Shown here piece after piece: positions 1 to 11,014 of a DNA stretch of 64,000 nt. This DNA is from Escherichia coli (GTDB taxonomy: Bacteria; Pseudomonadota; Gammaproteobacteria; Enterobacterales; Enterobacteriaceae): assembly GCF_003334255.1 (NCBI RefSeq), contig NZ_QOWU01000007.1. One strand, 5' to 3'. Each line of letters begins with the position of its first letter. Positions within the stretch are counted from its first letter, which is position 1. The notes under the pieces were generated by a model. It was not told the DNA's origin. It ran no database searches and saw only the letters and a program-made list of their open reading frames with translations. The translations under genes and the position numbers were made by a program.

Positions 1-60
1 TTCGTCCGGTTTGCTATTGAGTTCCTGCCTGGATACTTACCGCGAAAACAGCACGCCTGA
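1..60 (+). CDS. 3' end of an upstream ORF truncated by the window edge (possibly kdgT, not verified)
   Basis: Frame 1 is open from position 1 to a TGA at 58-60 (FVRFAIEFLPGYLPRKQHA*); too short to identify. Confidence 0.3.
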   Translation, partial: FVRFAIEFLPGYLPRKQHA

Positions 61-110
61 CATAAAATAAATATGGTCTAATGGGGAAATTTCTCGTGGA
101 GAGGGAACAG

Positions 111-785
111 ATGCGATATCCGGTTGATGTATACACAGGCAAGATTCAGGCTTATCCCGAAGGCAAACCCAGCGCAATTGCTAAAATCCAGGTTGATGGT
201 GAGTTGATGCTGACGGAGCTGGGGCTGGAAGGTGACGAGCAGGCGGAGAAAAAGGTTCACGGCGGGCCAGACAGAGCGCTGTGTCATTATCCTCGTGAGC
301 ATTATCTCTACTGGGCGCGGGAATTTCCGGAACAGGCGGAGTTGTTTGTTGCGCCTGCGTTTGGTGAAAACCTCTCAACCGACGGCCTGACGGAAAGTAA
401 TGTTTATATGGGCGATATTTTCCGCTGGGGAGAGGCATTAATTCAGGTCAGCCAGCCGCGCTCGCCTTGCTATAAACTCAATTACCATTTTGATATCAGC
501 GATATAGCGCAGTTGATGCAAAACACAGGTAAGGTGGGGTGGTTGTATAGCGTGATAGCGCCAGGGAAAGTGTCTGCGGACGCGCCGCTGGAGTTGGTTT
601 CCCGTGTCAGCGATGTGACCGTGCAGGAGGCTGCCGCCATCGCATGGCATATGCCGTTTGATGACGATCAATATCACCGTTTACTCTCCGCTGCCGGGTT
701 ATCGAAAAGCTGGACGCGGACGATGCAAAAGCGCCGACTGAGCGGCAAGATCGAAGATTTTTCCCGCCGGTTGTGGGGAAAATAA
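111..785 (+). CDS. yiiM: MOSC-domain protein YiiM (6-N-hydroxylaminopurine resistance)
   Basis: ORF 81..785; internal ATG at 111 preceded by GAGGGAA gives 224 aa starting MRYPVDVYTGK, matching YiiM. Confidence 0.85.
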   Translation: MRYPVDVYTGKIQAYPEGKPSAIAKIQVDGELMLTELGLEGDEQAEKKVHGGPDRALCHYPREHYLYWAREFPEQAELFVAPAFGENLSTDGLTESNVYMGDIFRWGEALIQVSQPRSPCYKLNYHFDISDIAQLMQNTGKVGWLYSVIAPGKVSADAPLELVSRVSDVTVQEAAAIAWHMPFDDDQYHRLLSAAGLSKSWTRTMQKRRLSGKIEDFSRRLWGK

Positions 786-795
786 CCCCCGGAGT

Positions 796-880
796 GTAGG
801 CCTGATAAGACGCTATCAGCGTCGCATCAGGCATCCTGCTCAAATGCCGGATGCGGCGTAAACGCCTTATCCTGCCTGCA
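796..880. repeat. REP/BIME element (two inverted REP palindromes)
   Basis: gtaggcctgataagacgc...gcatcaggc and gccggatgcggcgtaaacgccttatcc motifs between convergent yiiM and cpxA. Confidence 0.8.
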
Positions 881-890
881 AATGCGAAGT

Positions 891-2264
891 TTAACTCCGC
901 TTATACAGCGGCAACCAAATCACCAGCCGTAAACCGCCCAGCGGGCTGTCTTCTGCCTTCACCCAGCCACGATGCTGCTGAATGGCGGTTTCAACAATCG
1001 CCAGCCCCAAACCTGTACCGCCAGATTCACGATCGCGTGCTTCATCGGTACGATAGAACGGACGGAAAATCTGTTCGCGATCTTCCGGGCTAACGCCAGG
1101 ACCATCGTCGTCCACCGTAATGGTGATACCGTCTTTATCTACCGCAAAGCCCACTTCAATCTTCGTATGGGAATAACGCAGAGCATTACGAACAATGTTT
1201 TCCAGCGCACTTTCCAGGGCGTTCGGATTGCCGTACAGCGGCCACGGCCCAGGCGGGAAGTTAACTGTCAACGACTTGCCCATTTGCTCGGCTTCGAACG
1301 CCGCGTTATCCAGCACTTCACTCCACAACTGGTTGGCTTTGATGGTTTCGCTAACCAGCGCGTTTTTTTGCTGATTACGTGACATCACCAACAGATCGTT
1401 GATCATGCTGTCCAGACGTTGCGCTTCGGTTTCAATACGCTCCAGTTCCTTGCTTTCACCGCTACGACGGCGCAGTAACGCCGTACCCAGTTGCAGACGC
1501 GTCAGCGGGGTGCGCAGCTCGTGAGAGATATCAGAAAGCAGACGCTGCTGAGAGGTCATCATGCGCTCCAGCGCGGTGACCATCTGGTTAAAACTGGCAC
1601 CTGCGGCAAGGAATTCCTGTGGCCCCGCTTCCAGTTCCGGGTGCTGGCGTAAGTTTCCCTGGGCAACTTCATCGGCAGCGTTTTTCAGCTTACGCGCCGG
1701 TTTTGCCAGACTCCAGGCCAACCACAACAGCAGCGGCGTACTGACCAACATGGTGACAATCAGCAGTAATAGCGGGCGGTCAAACAGTAAGTTAATGAAA
1801 TCGGATTGAGAACTGCTGGCCGGACGAATCAGATAAAGTTGGTAATTATCTTCGCCATCACGCACGGAGAACGGACCGACCAGTTCCACGCGGCCATACT
1901 TTTTCTTCTGCGGATGATCGGCGTTATCGGCCTGACCAATAAAGTTACGAATGATCTGCATTTCGCTGCGTTCAGCGCCGATCACGCGGCCTTCGGTGGT
2001 CACCAATAACAAACGCTGTCCTGGCGGTGCCCACTTATCAATCGCCCGGAACAGACGCCGCCACCACATTAAATCGTTGGGCGGATCGTTCGCCAGCTCC
2101 GCTTCGACATGCTGCTCAATCATCAGCCCCTGACGCTGTTCGCTATCCAGAAGCTCGGTCATCTGGCGTGAATCGAGCTTGGGTAACATCAAAACCAACA
2201 TCAACACCAGCGCCAGCGTCAGCCAGAAGATGGCGAAGATGCGCGCGGTTAAGCTGCCTATCAT
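891..2264 (-). CDS. cpxA: Envelope-stress sensor histidine kinase CpxA
   Basis: 457-aa ORF, MIGSLTARIFAIFWLTLALVL N-terminus, HisKA/HATPase motifs; 4-bp overlap with cpxR. Confidence 0.95.
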   Translation of the reverse strand: MIGSLTARIFAIFWLTLALVLMLVLMLPKLDSRQMTELLDSEQRQGLMIEQHVEAELANDPPNDLMWWRRLFRAIDKWAPPGQRLLLVTTEGRVIGAERSEMQIIRNFIGQADNADHPQKKKYGRVELVGPFSVRDGEDNYQLYLIRPASSSQSDFINLLFDRPLLLLIVTMLVSTPLLLWLAWSLAKPARKLKNAADEVAQGNLRQHPELEAGPQEFLAAGASFNQMVTALERMMTSQQRLLSDISHELRTPLTRLQLGTALLRRRSGESKELERIETEAQRLDSMINDLLVMSRNQQKNALVSETIKANQLWSEVLDNAAFEAEQMGKSLTVNFPPGPWPLYGNPNALESALENIVRNALRYSHTKIEVGFAVDKDGITITVDDDGPGVSPEDREQIFRPFYRTDEARDRESGGTGLGLAIVETAIQQHRGWVKAEDSPLGGLRLVIWLPLYKRS

Positions 2265-2959
2265 GAAGCAGAAACCATCAGATAGCCGCGACCACGCAAG
2301 GTTTTAAACCACGGGTGACCATCTTTACGATCCGGCAGTTTACGACGCAGGTTGGAAATGTGCATATCAATAGCGCGGTCGAAAGGCGTCAGGCGTTTGC
2401 CCAACACTTCCTGGCTTAAATGTTCACGGGAAACCACCTGACCCAGATGCTGTGCCAGCAAATAGAGCAGGGTAAACTCAGTACCGGTTAACTCCAGCGT
2501 TTGCCCGTCGAAGCTGGCTTCCTGACGGCCTGGATTCAGCACTAAGGCATCAACTTCCAGTGTCGGTGAACCGTTGTCGTTGTTTTGCTGTTGCTCGCTC
2601 CAGTGCGAACGGCGCAGGATCGCGCGAATACGTGCCACCAGCTCACGATCATTAAACGGTTTCGGGAGATAGTCATCTGCGCCCAGCTCAAGGCCGAGAA
2701 CGCGATCAAGTTCACTGCCGCGCGCCGTCAACATAATGACAGGCGTCTGGTGTGTCTGGCGAAGTGCTTTTAATGTGTCGATACCATTTTTCTTCGGCAT
2801 CATTACGTCAAGCAAAAGTAAATCAATGCTGTCGTCCAGAAGATCAAGCGCCTGTTCCCCATCGTGGGCAACAATCACGTTGAAGCCTTCCATCTCGAGC
2901 AGCTCCTTTAATAGGGAAGTCAGCTCTCGGTCATCATCAACTAACAGGATTTTATTCAT
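2261..2959 (-). CDS. cpxR: Response regulator CpxR (OmpR family)
   Basis: 232-aa ORF MNKILLVDDDRELTSLLKELLEMEGF, receiver plus winged-helix. Confidence 0.95.
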   Translation of the reverse strand: MNKILLVDDDRELTSLLKELLEMEGFNVIVAHDGEQALDLLDDSIDLLLLDVMMPKKNGIDTLKALRQTHQTPVIMLTARGSELDRVLGLELGADDYLPKPFNDRELVARIRAILRRSHWSEQQQNNDNGSPTLEVDALVLNPGRQEASFDGQTLELTGTEFTLLYLLAQHLGQVVSREHLSQEVLGKRLTPFDRAIDMHISNLRRKLPDRKDGHPWFKTLRGRGYLMVSAS

Positions 2960-3014
2960 TGTTTAAATACCTCCGAGGCAGAAATTACGTCATCAGACGT
3001 CGCTAATCCATGAC

Positions 3015-3029
3015 TTTACGTTGTTTTAC
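3015..3029. promoter_or_regulatory. CpxR-P box (GTAAA-N5-GTAAA) in the cpxR/cpxP divergent promoter region
   Basis: Plus strand reads TTTAC GTTGT TTTAC, i.e. GTAAA N5 GTAAA on the complement, about 80 bp upstream of cpxP. Confidence 0.7.
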
Positions 3030-3108
3030 ACCCCCTGACGCATGTTTGCAGCCTGAATCGTAAACTCTCTATCGTTGAATCGCGACAGAAAGATTTTGGG
3101 AGCAAATG

Positions 3109-3609
3109 ATGCGCATAGTTACCGCTGCCGTCATGGCCTCAACGCTGGCAGTCAGTTCATTAAGCCACGCTGCTGAAGTCGGTTCAGGCGATAACTGGCA
3201 TCCGGGTGAAGAACTTACGCAGCGCAGTACGCAGAGCCATATGTTCGACGGCATAAGTTTAACCGAACATCAGCGTCAGCAGATGCGAGATCTTATGCAA
3301 CAGGCCCGGCACGAACAGCCTCCTGTTAATGTTAGCGAACTGGAGACAATGCATCGCCTTGTCACCGCAGAAAATTTTGATGAAAACGCTGTGCGCGCAC
3401 AGGCAGAAAAAATGGCGAATGAGCAAATTGCTCGTCAGGTTGAGATGGCAAAAGTCCGCAACCAAATGTATCGCCTGTTAACGCCGGAGCAGCAAGCGGT
3501 TTTAAACGAGAAACATCAACAACGAATGGAGCAGTTGCGTGACGTGACGCAATGGCAAAAAAGTTCATCGTTGAAGCTATTGAGTAGTAGCAACTCACGT
3601 TCCCAGTAG
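3109..3609 (+). CDS. cpxP: Periplasmic Cpx pathway inhibitor/adaptor CpxP
   Basis: ORF 3106..3609; second ATG gives 166 aa [21 protein letters not shown] with signal peptide. Confidence 0.92.
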
Positions 3610-3618
3610 TAAACCCTG

Positions 3619-3676
3619 TTTTCCTTGCCATAGACACCATCCCTGTCTTCCCCCACATGCTGTGGGGGTTTTTTTT
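3619..3676 (+). ncRNA. cpxQ: CpxQ sRNA derived from the cpxP 3' UTR, with intrinsic terminator
   Basis: Immediately after the cpxP stop: UUUUCCUUGCCAUAGACACC...CCCCCACAUGCUGUGGGGG hairpin followed by U8, matching the known CpxQ/cpxP terminator as I recall it. Confidence 0.6.
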
Positions 3677-3757
3677 ATCCTCAATTTGCCTGCTGCTTAA
3701 TGCATTGCAGATGATTTGCTTCCGTTATACTAGCGTCAGTTGATAGCGGGAGTATTT

Positions 3758-4660
3758 ATGAATCAATCTTATGGACGGCTGGTCAGTCGGGCGGCGATTG
3801 CTGCGACGGCGATGGCTTCGCTGCTATTGCTGATTAAAATTTTTGCATGGTGGTATACCGGGTCGGTGAGTATTCTCGCCGCGCTGGTGGATTCGCTGGT
3901 GGATATCGGCGCGTCGTTGACGAATTTATTGGTGGTGCGATATTCCCTGCAACCTGCCGACGATAATCACTCGTTTGGTCACGGTAAAGCTGAGTCCCTC
4001 GCGGCGCTGGCGCAAAGTATGTTTATCTCCGGTTCGGCACTATTCCTGTTTTTGACGGGTATTCAACATCTGATATCTCCAACACCGATGACAGATCCAG
4101 GCGTCGGGGTTATCGTGACAATTGTGGCGCTAATTTGTACGATTATCCTTGTCTCGTTTCAGCGTTGGGTGGTGCGGCGGACGCAAAGCCAGGCGGTGCG
4201 GGCTGATATGCTACATTACCAGTCTGATGTTATGATGAACGGCGCAATTCTGCTGGCGCTGGGGTTGTCCTGGTACGGCTGGCATCGCGCCGATGCTCTG
4301 TTTGCATTGGGAATCGGCATCTATATTTTATATAGCGCGTTACGCATGGGATATGAGGCGGTACAGTCATTACTGGATCGCGCATTGCCTGATGAGGAAC
4401 GGCAAGAAATTATTGATATCGTGACTTCCTGGCCGGGTGTTAGCGGCGCTCACGATCTTCGCACGCGGCAGTCAGGGCCGACCCGCTTTATTCAGATTCA
4501 TTTGGAAATGGAAGACTCTCTGCCTTTGGTTCAGGCACATATGGTGGCGGATCAGGTAGAGCAGGCTATTTTACGGCGTTTTCCGGGATCGGATGTAATT
4601 ATCCATCAGGACCCCTGTTCCGTCGTACCCAGGGAGGGTAAACGGTCTATGCTTTCATAA
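3758..4660 (+). CDS. fieF: Cation-diffusion facilitator (Fe/Zn efflux) FieF/YiiP
   Basis: ORF 3740..4660; internal ATG at 3758 gives 300 aa [25 protein letters not shown]. Confidence 0.92.
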
Positions 4661-4840
4661 TCAGTATAAAAGAGAGCCAGACCCGCATTTTGTGTATAAA
4701 ATACCGCCATTTGGCCTGACCTGAATCAATTCAGCAGGAAGTGATTGTTATACTATTTGCACATTCGTTGGATCACTTCGATGTGCAAGAAGACTTCCGG
4801 CAACAGATTTCATTTTGCATTCCAAAGTTCAGAGGTAGTC

Positions 4841-5803
4841 ATGATTAAGAAAATCGGTGTGTTGACAAGCGGCGGTGATGCGCCAGGCATGAACGCCGCA
4901 ATTCGCGGGGTTGTTCGTTCTGCGCTGACAGAAGGTCTGGAAGTAATGGGTATTTATGACGGCTATCTGGGTCTGTATGAAGACCGTATGGTACAGCTAG
5001 ACCGTTACAGCGTGTCTGACATGATCAACCGTGGCGGTACGTTCCTCGGTTCTGCGCGTTTCCCGGAATTCCGCGACGAGAACATCCGCGCCGTGGCTAT
5101 CGAAAACCTGAAAAAACGTGGTATCGACGCGCTGGTGGTTATCGGCGGTGACGGTTCCTACATGGGTGCAATGCGTCTGACCGAAATGGGCTTCCCGTGC
5201 ATCGGTCTGCCGGGCACTATCGACAACGACATCAAAGGCACTGACTACACTATCGGTTTCTTCACTGCGCTGAGCACCGTTGTAGAAGCGATCGACCGTC
5301 TGCGTGACACCTCTTCTTCTCACCAGCGTATTTCCGTGGTGGAAGTGATGGGCCGTTATTGTGGAGATCTGACGTTGGCTGCGGCCATTGCCGGTGGCTG
5401 TGAATTCGTTGTGGTTCCGGAAGTTGAATTCAGCCGTGAAGACCTGGTAAACGAAATCAAAGCGGGTATCGCGAAAGGTAAAAAACACGCGATCGTGGCG
5501 ATTACCGAACATATGTGTGATGTTGACGAACTGGCGCATTTCATCGAGAAAGAAACCGGTCGTGAAACCCGCGCAACTGTGCTGGGCCACATCCAGCGCG
5601 GTGGTTCTCCGGTGCCTTACGACCGTATTCTGGCTTCCCGTATGGGCGCTTACGCTATCGATCTGCTGCTGGCAGGTTACGGCGGTCGTTGTGTAGGTAT
5701 CCAGAACGAACAGCTGGTTCACCACGACATCATCGACGCTATCGAAAACATGAAGCGTCCGTTCAAAGGTGACTGGCTGGACTGCGCGAAAAAACTGTAT
5801 TAA
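4841..5803 (+). CDS. pfkA: 6-phosphofructokinase I
   Basis: ORF 4745..5803; ATG at 4841 gives 320 aa [25 protein letters not shown]. Confidence 0.97.
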
Positions 5804-5858
5804 TGATTTCGGAAAAAGGCAGATTCCTTTACCCTGAAACCGATGACAGAAGCAAAAA

Positions 5859-5960
5859 TGCCTGATGCGCTTCGCTTATCAGGCCTACATGAATTCTGCA
5901 ATTTATTGAATTTGCAAACTTTTGTAGGCCGGATAAGGCGTTCGCGCCGCATCCGGCATG
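5859..5960. repeat. REP/BIME element pair downstream of pfkA
   Basis: gcctgatgcgcttcgcttatcaggcctaca ... tgtaggccggataaggcgttcgcgccgcatccggcatg. Confidence 0.85.
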
Positions 5961-6122
5961 GACAAAGCGCACTTTGTCAGCAATATGAGGCGGATTTCTT
6001 CCGCCTTTTTAATCCCTCAACATATACCCGCAAGTTATAGCCAATCTTTTTTTATTCTTTAATGTTTGGTTAACCTTCTGGCACGCTTTGCTCATCACAA
6101 CACAACATAAGAGAGTCGGGCG

Positions 6123-7112
6123 ATGAACAAGTGGGGCGTAGGGTTAACATTTTTGCTGGCGGCAACCAGCGTTATGGCAAAGGATATTCAGCTTCTTAAC
6201 GTTTCATATGATCCAACGCGCGAATTGTACGAACAGTACAACAAGGCATTCAGCGCCCACTGGAAACAGCAAACTGGTGATAACGTGGTGATTCGTCAGT
6301 CACACGGTGGCTCAGGTAAACAAGCGACGTCGGTAATCAACGGTATTGAAGCTGATGTTGTCACGCTGGCTCTGGCCTATGACGTGGACGCAATTGCGGA
6401 ACGCGGGCGGATTGATAAAGAGTGGATCAAACGTCTGCCGGATAACTCCGCACCGTACACTTCCACCATTGTTTTCCTGGTACGTAAGGGAAATCCGAAG
6501 CAGATCCATGACTGGAACGATCTGATTAAACCGGGTGTTTCGGTGATCACGCCTAATCCGAAAAGCTCTGGTGGCGCGCGCTGGAACTACCTGGCAGCCT
6601 GGGGCTACGCGCTGCATCACAACAACAACGATCAGGCAAAAGCACAGGATTTTGTTCGGGCACTGTATAAAAACGTCGAAGTTCTGGATTCTGGCGCGCG
6701 TGGCTCCACTAACACTTTTGTCGAGCGCGGAATTGGCGATGTACTGATTGCCTGGGAAAACGAAGCTCTGCTGGCAGCGAATGAACTGGGGAAAGATAAA
6801 TTCGAAATCGTCACGCCGAGTGAGTCTATCCTCGCAGAGCCAACCGTGTCGGTGGTCGATAAAGTGGTCGAGAAAAAAGGTACTAAAGAGGTGGCGGAAG
6901 CCTACCTGAAATATCTCTACTCGCCAGAAGGTCAGGAAATTGCCGCGAAAAACTACTACCGTCCGCGCGACGCTGAGGTGGCGAAAAAGTACGAAAATGC
7001 GTTTCCAAAGCTGAAGTTATTCACCATTGATGAAGAGTTCGGCGGCTGGACGAAAGCGCAAAAAGAGCATTTTGCTAACGGCGGTACGTTCGATCAGATC
7101 AGCAAACGCTGA
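6123..7112 (+). CDS. sbp: Periplasmic sulfate-binding protein
   Basis: 329-aa [39 protein letters not shown] with signal peptide. Confidence 0.95.
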
Positions 7113-7218
7113 TTTCCCCAGGATAATTATCAAACCCGGTGGTTTCTCGCGACCGGGTTTTTTATTTGTCACGATTTTGCGTTACCCTTGCATCTCTTTG
7201 AGGTACAGGGAAAAAAAG

Positions 7219-7974
7219 ATGAAAAAAGCGGGTCTTCTTTTTTTGGTGATGATAGTTATCGCCGTTGTGGCTGCCGGTATTGGTTACTGGAAATTAACCG
7301 GTGAAGAGTCGGATACATTACGTAAGATTGTCCTTGAGGAATGTTTGCCCAATCAGCAGCAAAATCAAAATCCTTCGCCATGTGCGGAAGTCAAACCCAA
7401 TGCCGGATACGTGGTTTTAAAAGATCTTAATGGCCCACTGCAATATCTGTTGATGCCAACGTATCGTATTAACGGTACTGAAAGTCCTTTGTTGACCGAT
7501 CCTTCAACGCCGAACTTCTTTTGGTTGGCTTGGCAGGCGCGTGATTTTATGAGCAAAAAATACGGCCAGCCGGTTCCCGATCGCGCGGTTTCTTTGGCGA
7601 TCAACTCCCGCACCGGGCGTACGCAAAACCATTTTCATATTCATATCTCTTGTATTCGTCCTGATGTGCGCAAACAGCTGGATAACAATCTGGCGAACAT
7701 CAGCAGCCGCTGGTTGCCACTGCCAGGTGGTTTGCGCGGGCATGAATACCTGGCGCGTCGGGTAACGGAAAGCGAACTGGTACAACGCAGCCCATTTATG
7801 ATGCTGGCAGAAGAAGTACCTGAGGCGCGGGAACATATGGGACGCTACGGGCTGGCGATGGTACGGCAGAGTGATAACTCATTTGTATTGCTGGCGACAC
7901 AACGAAATCTACTGACGCTTAACCGTGCTTCAGCCGAGGAAATTCAGGATCATCAGTGTGAGATTTTGCGTTAA
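7219..7974 (+). CDS. cdh: CDP-diacylglycerol pyrophosphatase
   Basis: ORF 7027..7974; ATG at 7219 gives 251 aa [24 protein letters not shown]. Confidence 0.9.
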
Positions 7975-7996
7975 GGCGAAGAGTTAAGGAAAGTAA

Positions 7997-8019
7997 GTGC
8001 CGGATATGAAATCCGGCAC
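7997..8019. terminator. Bidirectional hairpin terminator between convergent cdh and tpiA
   Basis: gtgccggat atgaa atccggcac perfect stem-loop. Confidence 0.6.
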
Positions 8020-8028
8020 CTGTCAGAC

Positions 8029-8796
8029 TTAAGCCTGTTTAGCCGCTTCTGCAGCTTTAACGATTACTGCGAAGGCGTCAGCTTTCAGAGAAGCACCACC
8101 AACCAGCGCGCCGTCGATATCCGGCTGAGCAAACAGTTCTGCAGCGTTAGACGCGTTTACAGAGCCGCCGTACTGAATGATCACTTGTTCAGCGATGTTA
8201 GCGTCAACTTTAGCGATGTGGTCACGGATGAATTTGTGAACAGCCTGTGCCTGAGCCGGAGTTGCAGATTTGCCAGTACCGATTGCCCATACAGGTTCGT
8301 AAGCGATAACCGCACCTTCGAATGCCGCAGCACCCTGAGTTTTCAGTACCGCGTCGATCTGACGTGCGCAAACTTCTTCAGTTTTGCCCGCTTCATTTTC
8401 AGCTTCGGTTTCACCGATGCACAGAACCGGAGTCAGGCCCTGCTCTTTCAGCACCGCGAATTTTTTCGCGATCAGTTCGTCAGATTCTTTGTGGTAAGTA
8501 CGACGTTCAGAGTGACCGATGATGATGTACTGTGCGCCGATGTCTTTCAGCATAGCAGCAGAGGTTTCACCGGTGAATGCGCCGGACAGGTTCAGGTCCA
8601 CGTTTTGCGCACCCAGCATGATGTGGCTGCCTTCAGCTTCGCGCTTCGCCATATCGATATACATTTCCGGTGGTGCGATTGCAACCGCACAGCCAGCAAC
8701 ACCTGCCAGCTCTTTACGCAGGTTAGAAACCAGCTCGTGAACCATGTGGCGGCTGCCGTTCAGTTTCCAGTTACCCATCACTAAAGGATGTCGCAT
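8029..8796 (-). CDS. tpiA: Triosephosphate isomerase
   Basis: 255-aa [33 protein letters not shown]. Confidence 0.97.
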
Positions 8797-8903
8797 TTTA
8801 ATTCTCCACGCTTATAAGCGAATAAAGGAAGATGGCCGCCCCGCAGGGCAGCAGGTCTGTGAAACAGTATAGAGATTCATCGGCACAAAGGCTTTGCTTT
8901 TTG

Positions 8904-9503
8904 TCATTTATTCAAACCTTCAAGCGATTCAGATAGCGCCAGCTTAATCGGTTCAACAGCGAAGGTCAGCCCCTTTTCGCCGTTGTCCGCGACAACATAA
9001 CGCAGTGCACCTTCTGTCTCGGTGTAATAACGTTTGTTTTTCCCCGCCGTTAGTAGCGACTGCAGTTTTTTCTGGCTTTGTGTTTTGGTCATTAATGGGG
9101 TGAGTGTGCGGATCACCGCTGCCATGTATTCCTGAGCTTTCGCTTTCGCGGCTTTTTGCTCTGGCCCCTGGATGGGTAGCCAGGTCATTTGAATGCTTTT
9201 GATTTTTAAGGTACCGCGCTCCAGCGCTGTAGAAGCATACAAGTTCTCATTAATTTTACTTGCAGCACGAGTGAGATTGGCTTTGTCGGGACTGCTGTCG
9301 ATGGCACGAAATTCGTTCAGTGGCAGGCTGGGATTCTGGCTGTTAAAGTCTTCTCGAAACTGGCTGATGGAGAGATCGAAAGTAGGGGCTCCAGCCAGCA
9401 GATAAGGCGCGGTCGTTGCCGTATCTGGTGTTTGTGCATGCGCCGCTGTTGTAACGGTTAATGCAGAACATAAGAGAAAAAACAGCGTACACCCTGGCTT
9501 CAT
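8904..9503 (-). CDS. yiiQ: DUF1454-family exported protein YiiQ
   Basis: 199-aa ORF with signal peptide MKPGCTLFFLLCSALTVTTAAHA. Confidence 0.85.
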   Translation of the reverse strand: MKPGCTLFFLLCSALTVTTAAHAQTPDTATTAPYLLAGAPTFDLSISQFREDFNSQNPSLPLNEFRAIDSSPDKANLTRAASKINENLYASTALERGTLKIKSIQMTWLPIQGPEQKAAKAKAQEYMAAVIRTLTPLMTKTQSQKKLQSLLTAGKNKRYYTETEGALRYVVADNGEKGLTFAVEPIKLALSESLEGLNK

Positions 9504-9603
9504 TGACAGTACCTTTTGTTATGACTGGCTCCGATTAAAACGATATCTGTCGCCCTTGTCAAAAGGGTAGAATCCTGGAAAAGACAACCATCAAGGAACT
9601 TAC

Positions 9604-10044
9604 ATGACCATACAGCAATGGTTATTCTCATTTAAAGGGCGTATTGGACGCCGTGATTTCTGGATTTGGATAGGCCTGTGGTTCGCAGGCATGCTGGTGC
9701 TTTTCTCACTGGCGGGTAAGAATCTACTCGATATTCAGACCGCGGCGTTTTGCCTTGTGTGCTTGCTCTGGCCAACAGCGGCAGTAACTGTTAAGCGCTT
9801 GCATGATCGCGGGCGTTCCGGCGCATGGGCATTTCTGATGATTGTGGCGTGGATGCTGCTGGCGGGTAACTGGGCGATTTTACCGGGTGTCTGGCAATGG
9901 GCGGTGGGGCGTTTTGTCCCGACGTTGATTCTGGTGATGATGCTTATCGATCTTGGTGCGTTTGTTGGCACACAAGGCGAAAATAAATATGGTAAAGATA
10001 CTCAGGATGTGAAGTATAAAGCCGACAATAAATCAAGTAATTAA
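9604..10044 (+). CDS. yiiR: DUF805 inner-membrane protein YiiR
   Basis: 146-aa hydrophobic ORF MTIQQWLFSFKGRIGRRDFWIWIGLWFAG. Confidence 0.85.
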   Translation: MTIQQWLFSFKGRIGRRDFWIWIGLWFAGMLVLFSLAGKNLLDIQTAAFCLVCLLWPTAAVTVKRLHDRGRSGAWAFLMIVAWMLLAGNWAILPGVWQWAVGRFVPTLILVMMLIDLGAFVGTQGENKYGKDTQDVKYKADNKSSN

Positions 10045-10255
10045 CCTTTAATATATCTCTTACTGCTATTTTTTTCCGGGATTGTTATTTCCACGATGCA
10101 AATGACAATACCCGGAAAATCCTTCTGAACTCTTCACCTTAAGCAATATCAAAAAAAATGGTAATCCATAAGATCATTACTTGTTTGTTCTTCCCTTAAC
10201 GGCGCATTATTCTTAAGTCGTAATCGACAGAGAGGCGAATATACAGAGGTGCCCT

Positions 10256-10555
10256 ATGAAAGATGTCGTAGATAAATGCAGTACTAAAGGATGTGCGATT
10301 GATATCGGTACGGTGATTGATAACGACAACTGTACCAGTAAGTTTTCGCGCTTTTTTGCCACCCGCGAAGAAGCAGAGTCTTTTATGACCAAACTGAAAG
10401 AGCTTGCCGCCGCTACATCCTCTGCAGATGAAGGGGCCAGCGTGGCCTATAAGATTAAGGATCTGGAGGGGCAAGTTGAGCTTGATGCGGCCTTCACTTT
10501 CTCATGCCAGGCCGAGATGATTATTTTTGAGTTATCACTGCGTTCGTTAGCTTGA
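10256..10555 (+). CDS. yiiS: UPF0381 protein YiiS
   Basis: 99-aa [29 protein letters not shown]. Confidence 0.8.
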
Positions 10556-10581
10556 TGGAGTTGCTTTAGAAGGAGTTAAAC

Positions 10582-11010
10582 ATGGCTTATAAACACATTG
10601 GCGTGGCAATTTCCGGGAATGAAGAAGATGCCTTACTGGTGAATAAAGCCCTGGAGCTCGCCAGACATAATGACGCTCACCTGACGTTAATTCATATTGA
10701 TGATGGCTTAAGCGAGTTGTATCCGGGTATCTACTTCCCTGCAACAGAAGATATTCTTCAATTGTTGAAGAATAAGTCGGATAACAAGCTGTATAAACTG
10801 ACGAAAAATATTCAATGGCCGAAGACAAAACTGCGTATTGAACGCGGAGAAATGCCGGAAACACTGCTGGAAATTATGCAAAAAGAGCAGTGCGACCTCC
10901 TTGTCTGTGGTCATCATCACTCATTTATCAACCGTTTGATGCCGGCATATCGCGGGATGATCAATAAGATGAGTGCGGATTTGCTCATCGTGCCGTTTAT
11001 CGATAAGTAA
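10582..11010 (+). CDS. uspD: Universal stress protein D
   Basis: 142-aa [30 protein letters not shown], UspA fold. Confidence 0.9.
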
Positions 11011-11014
11011 CCGC

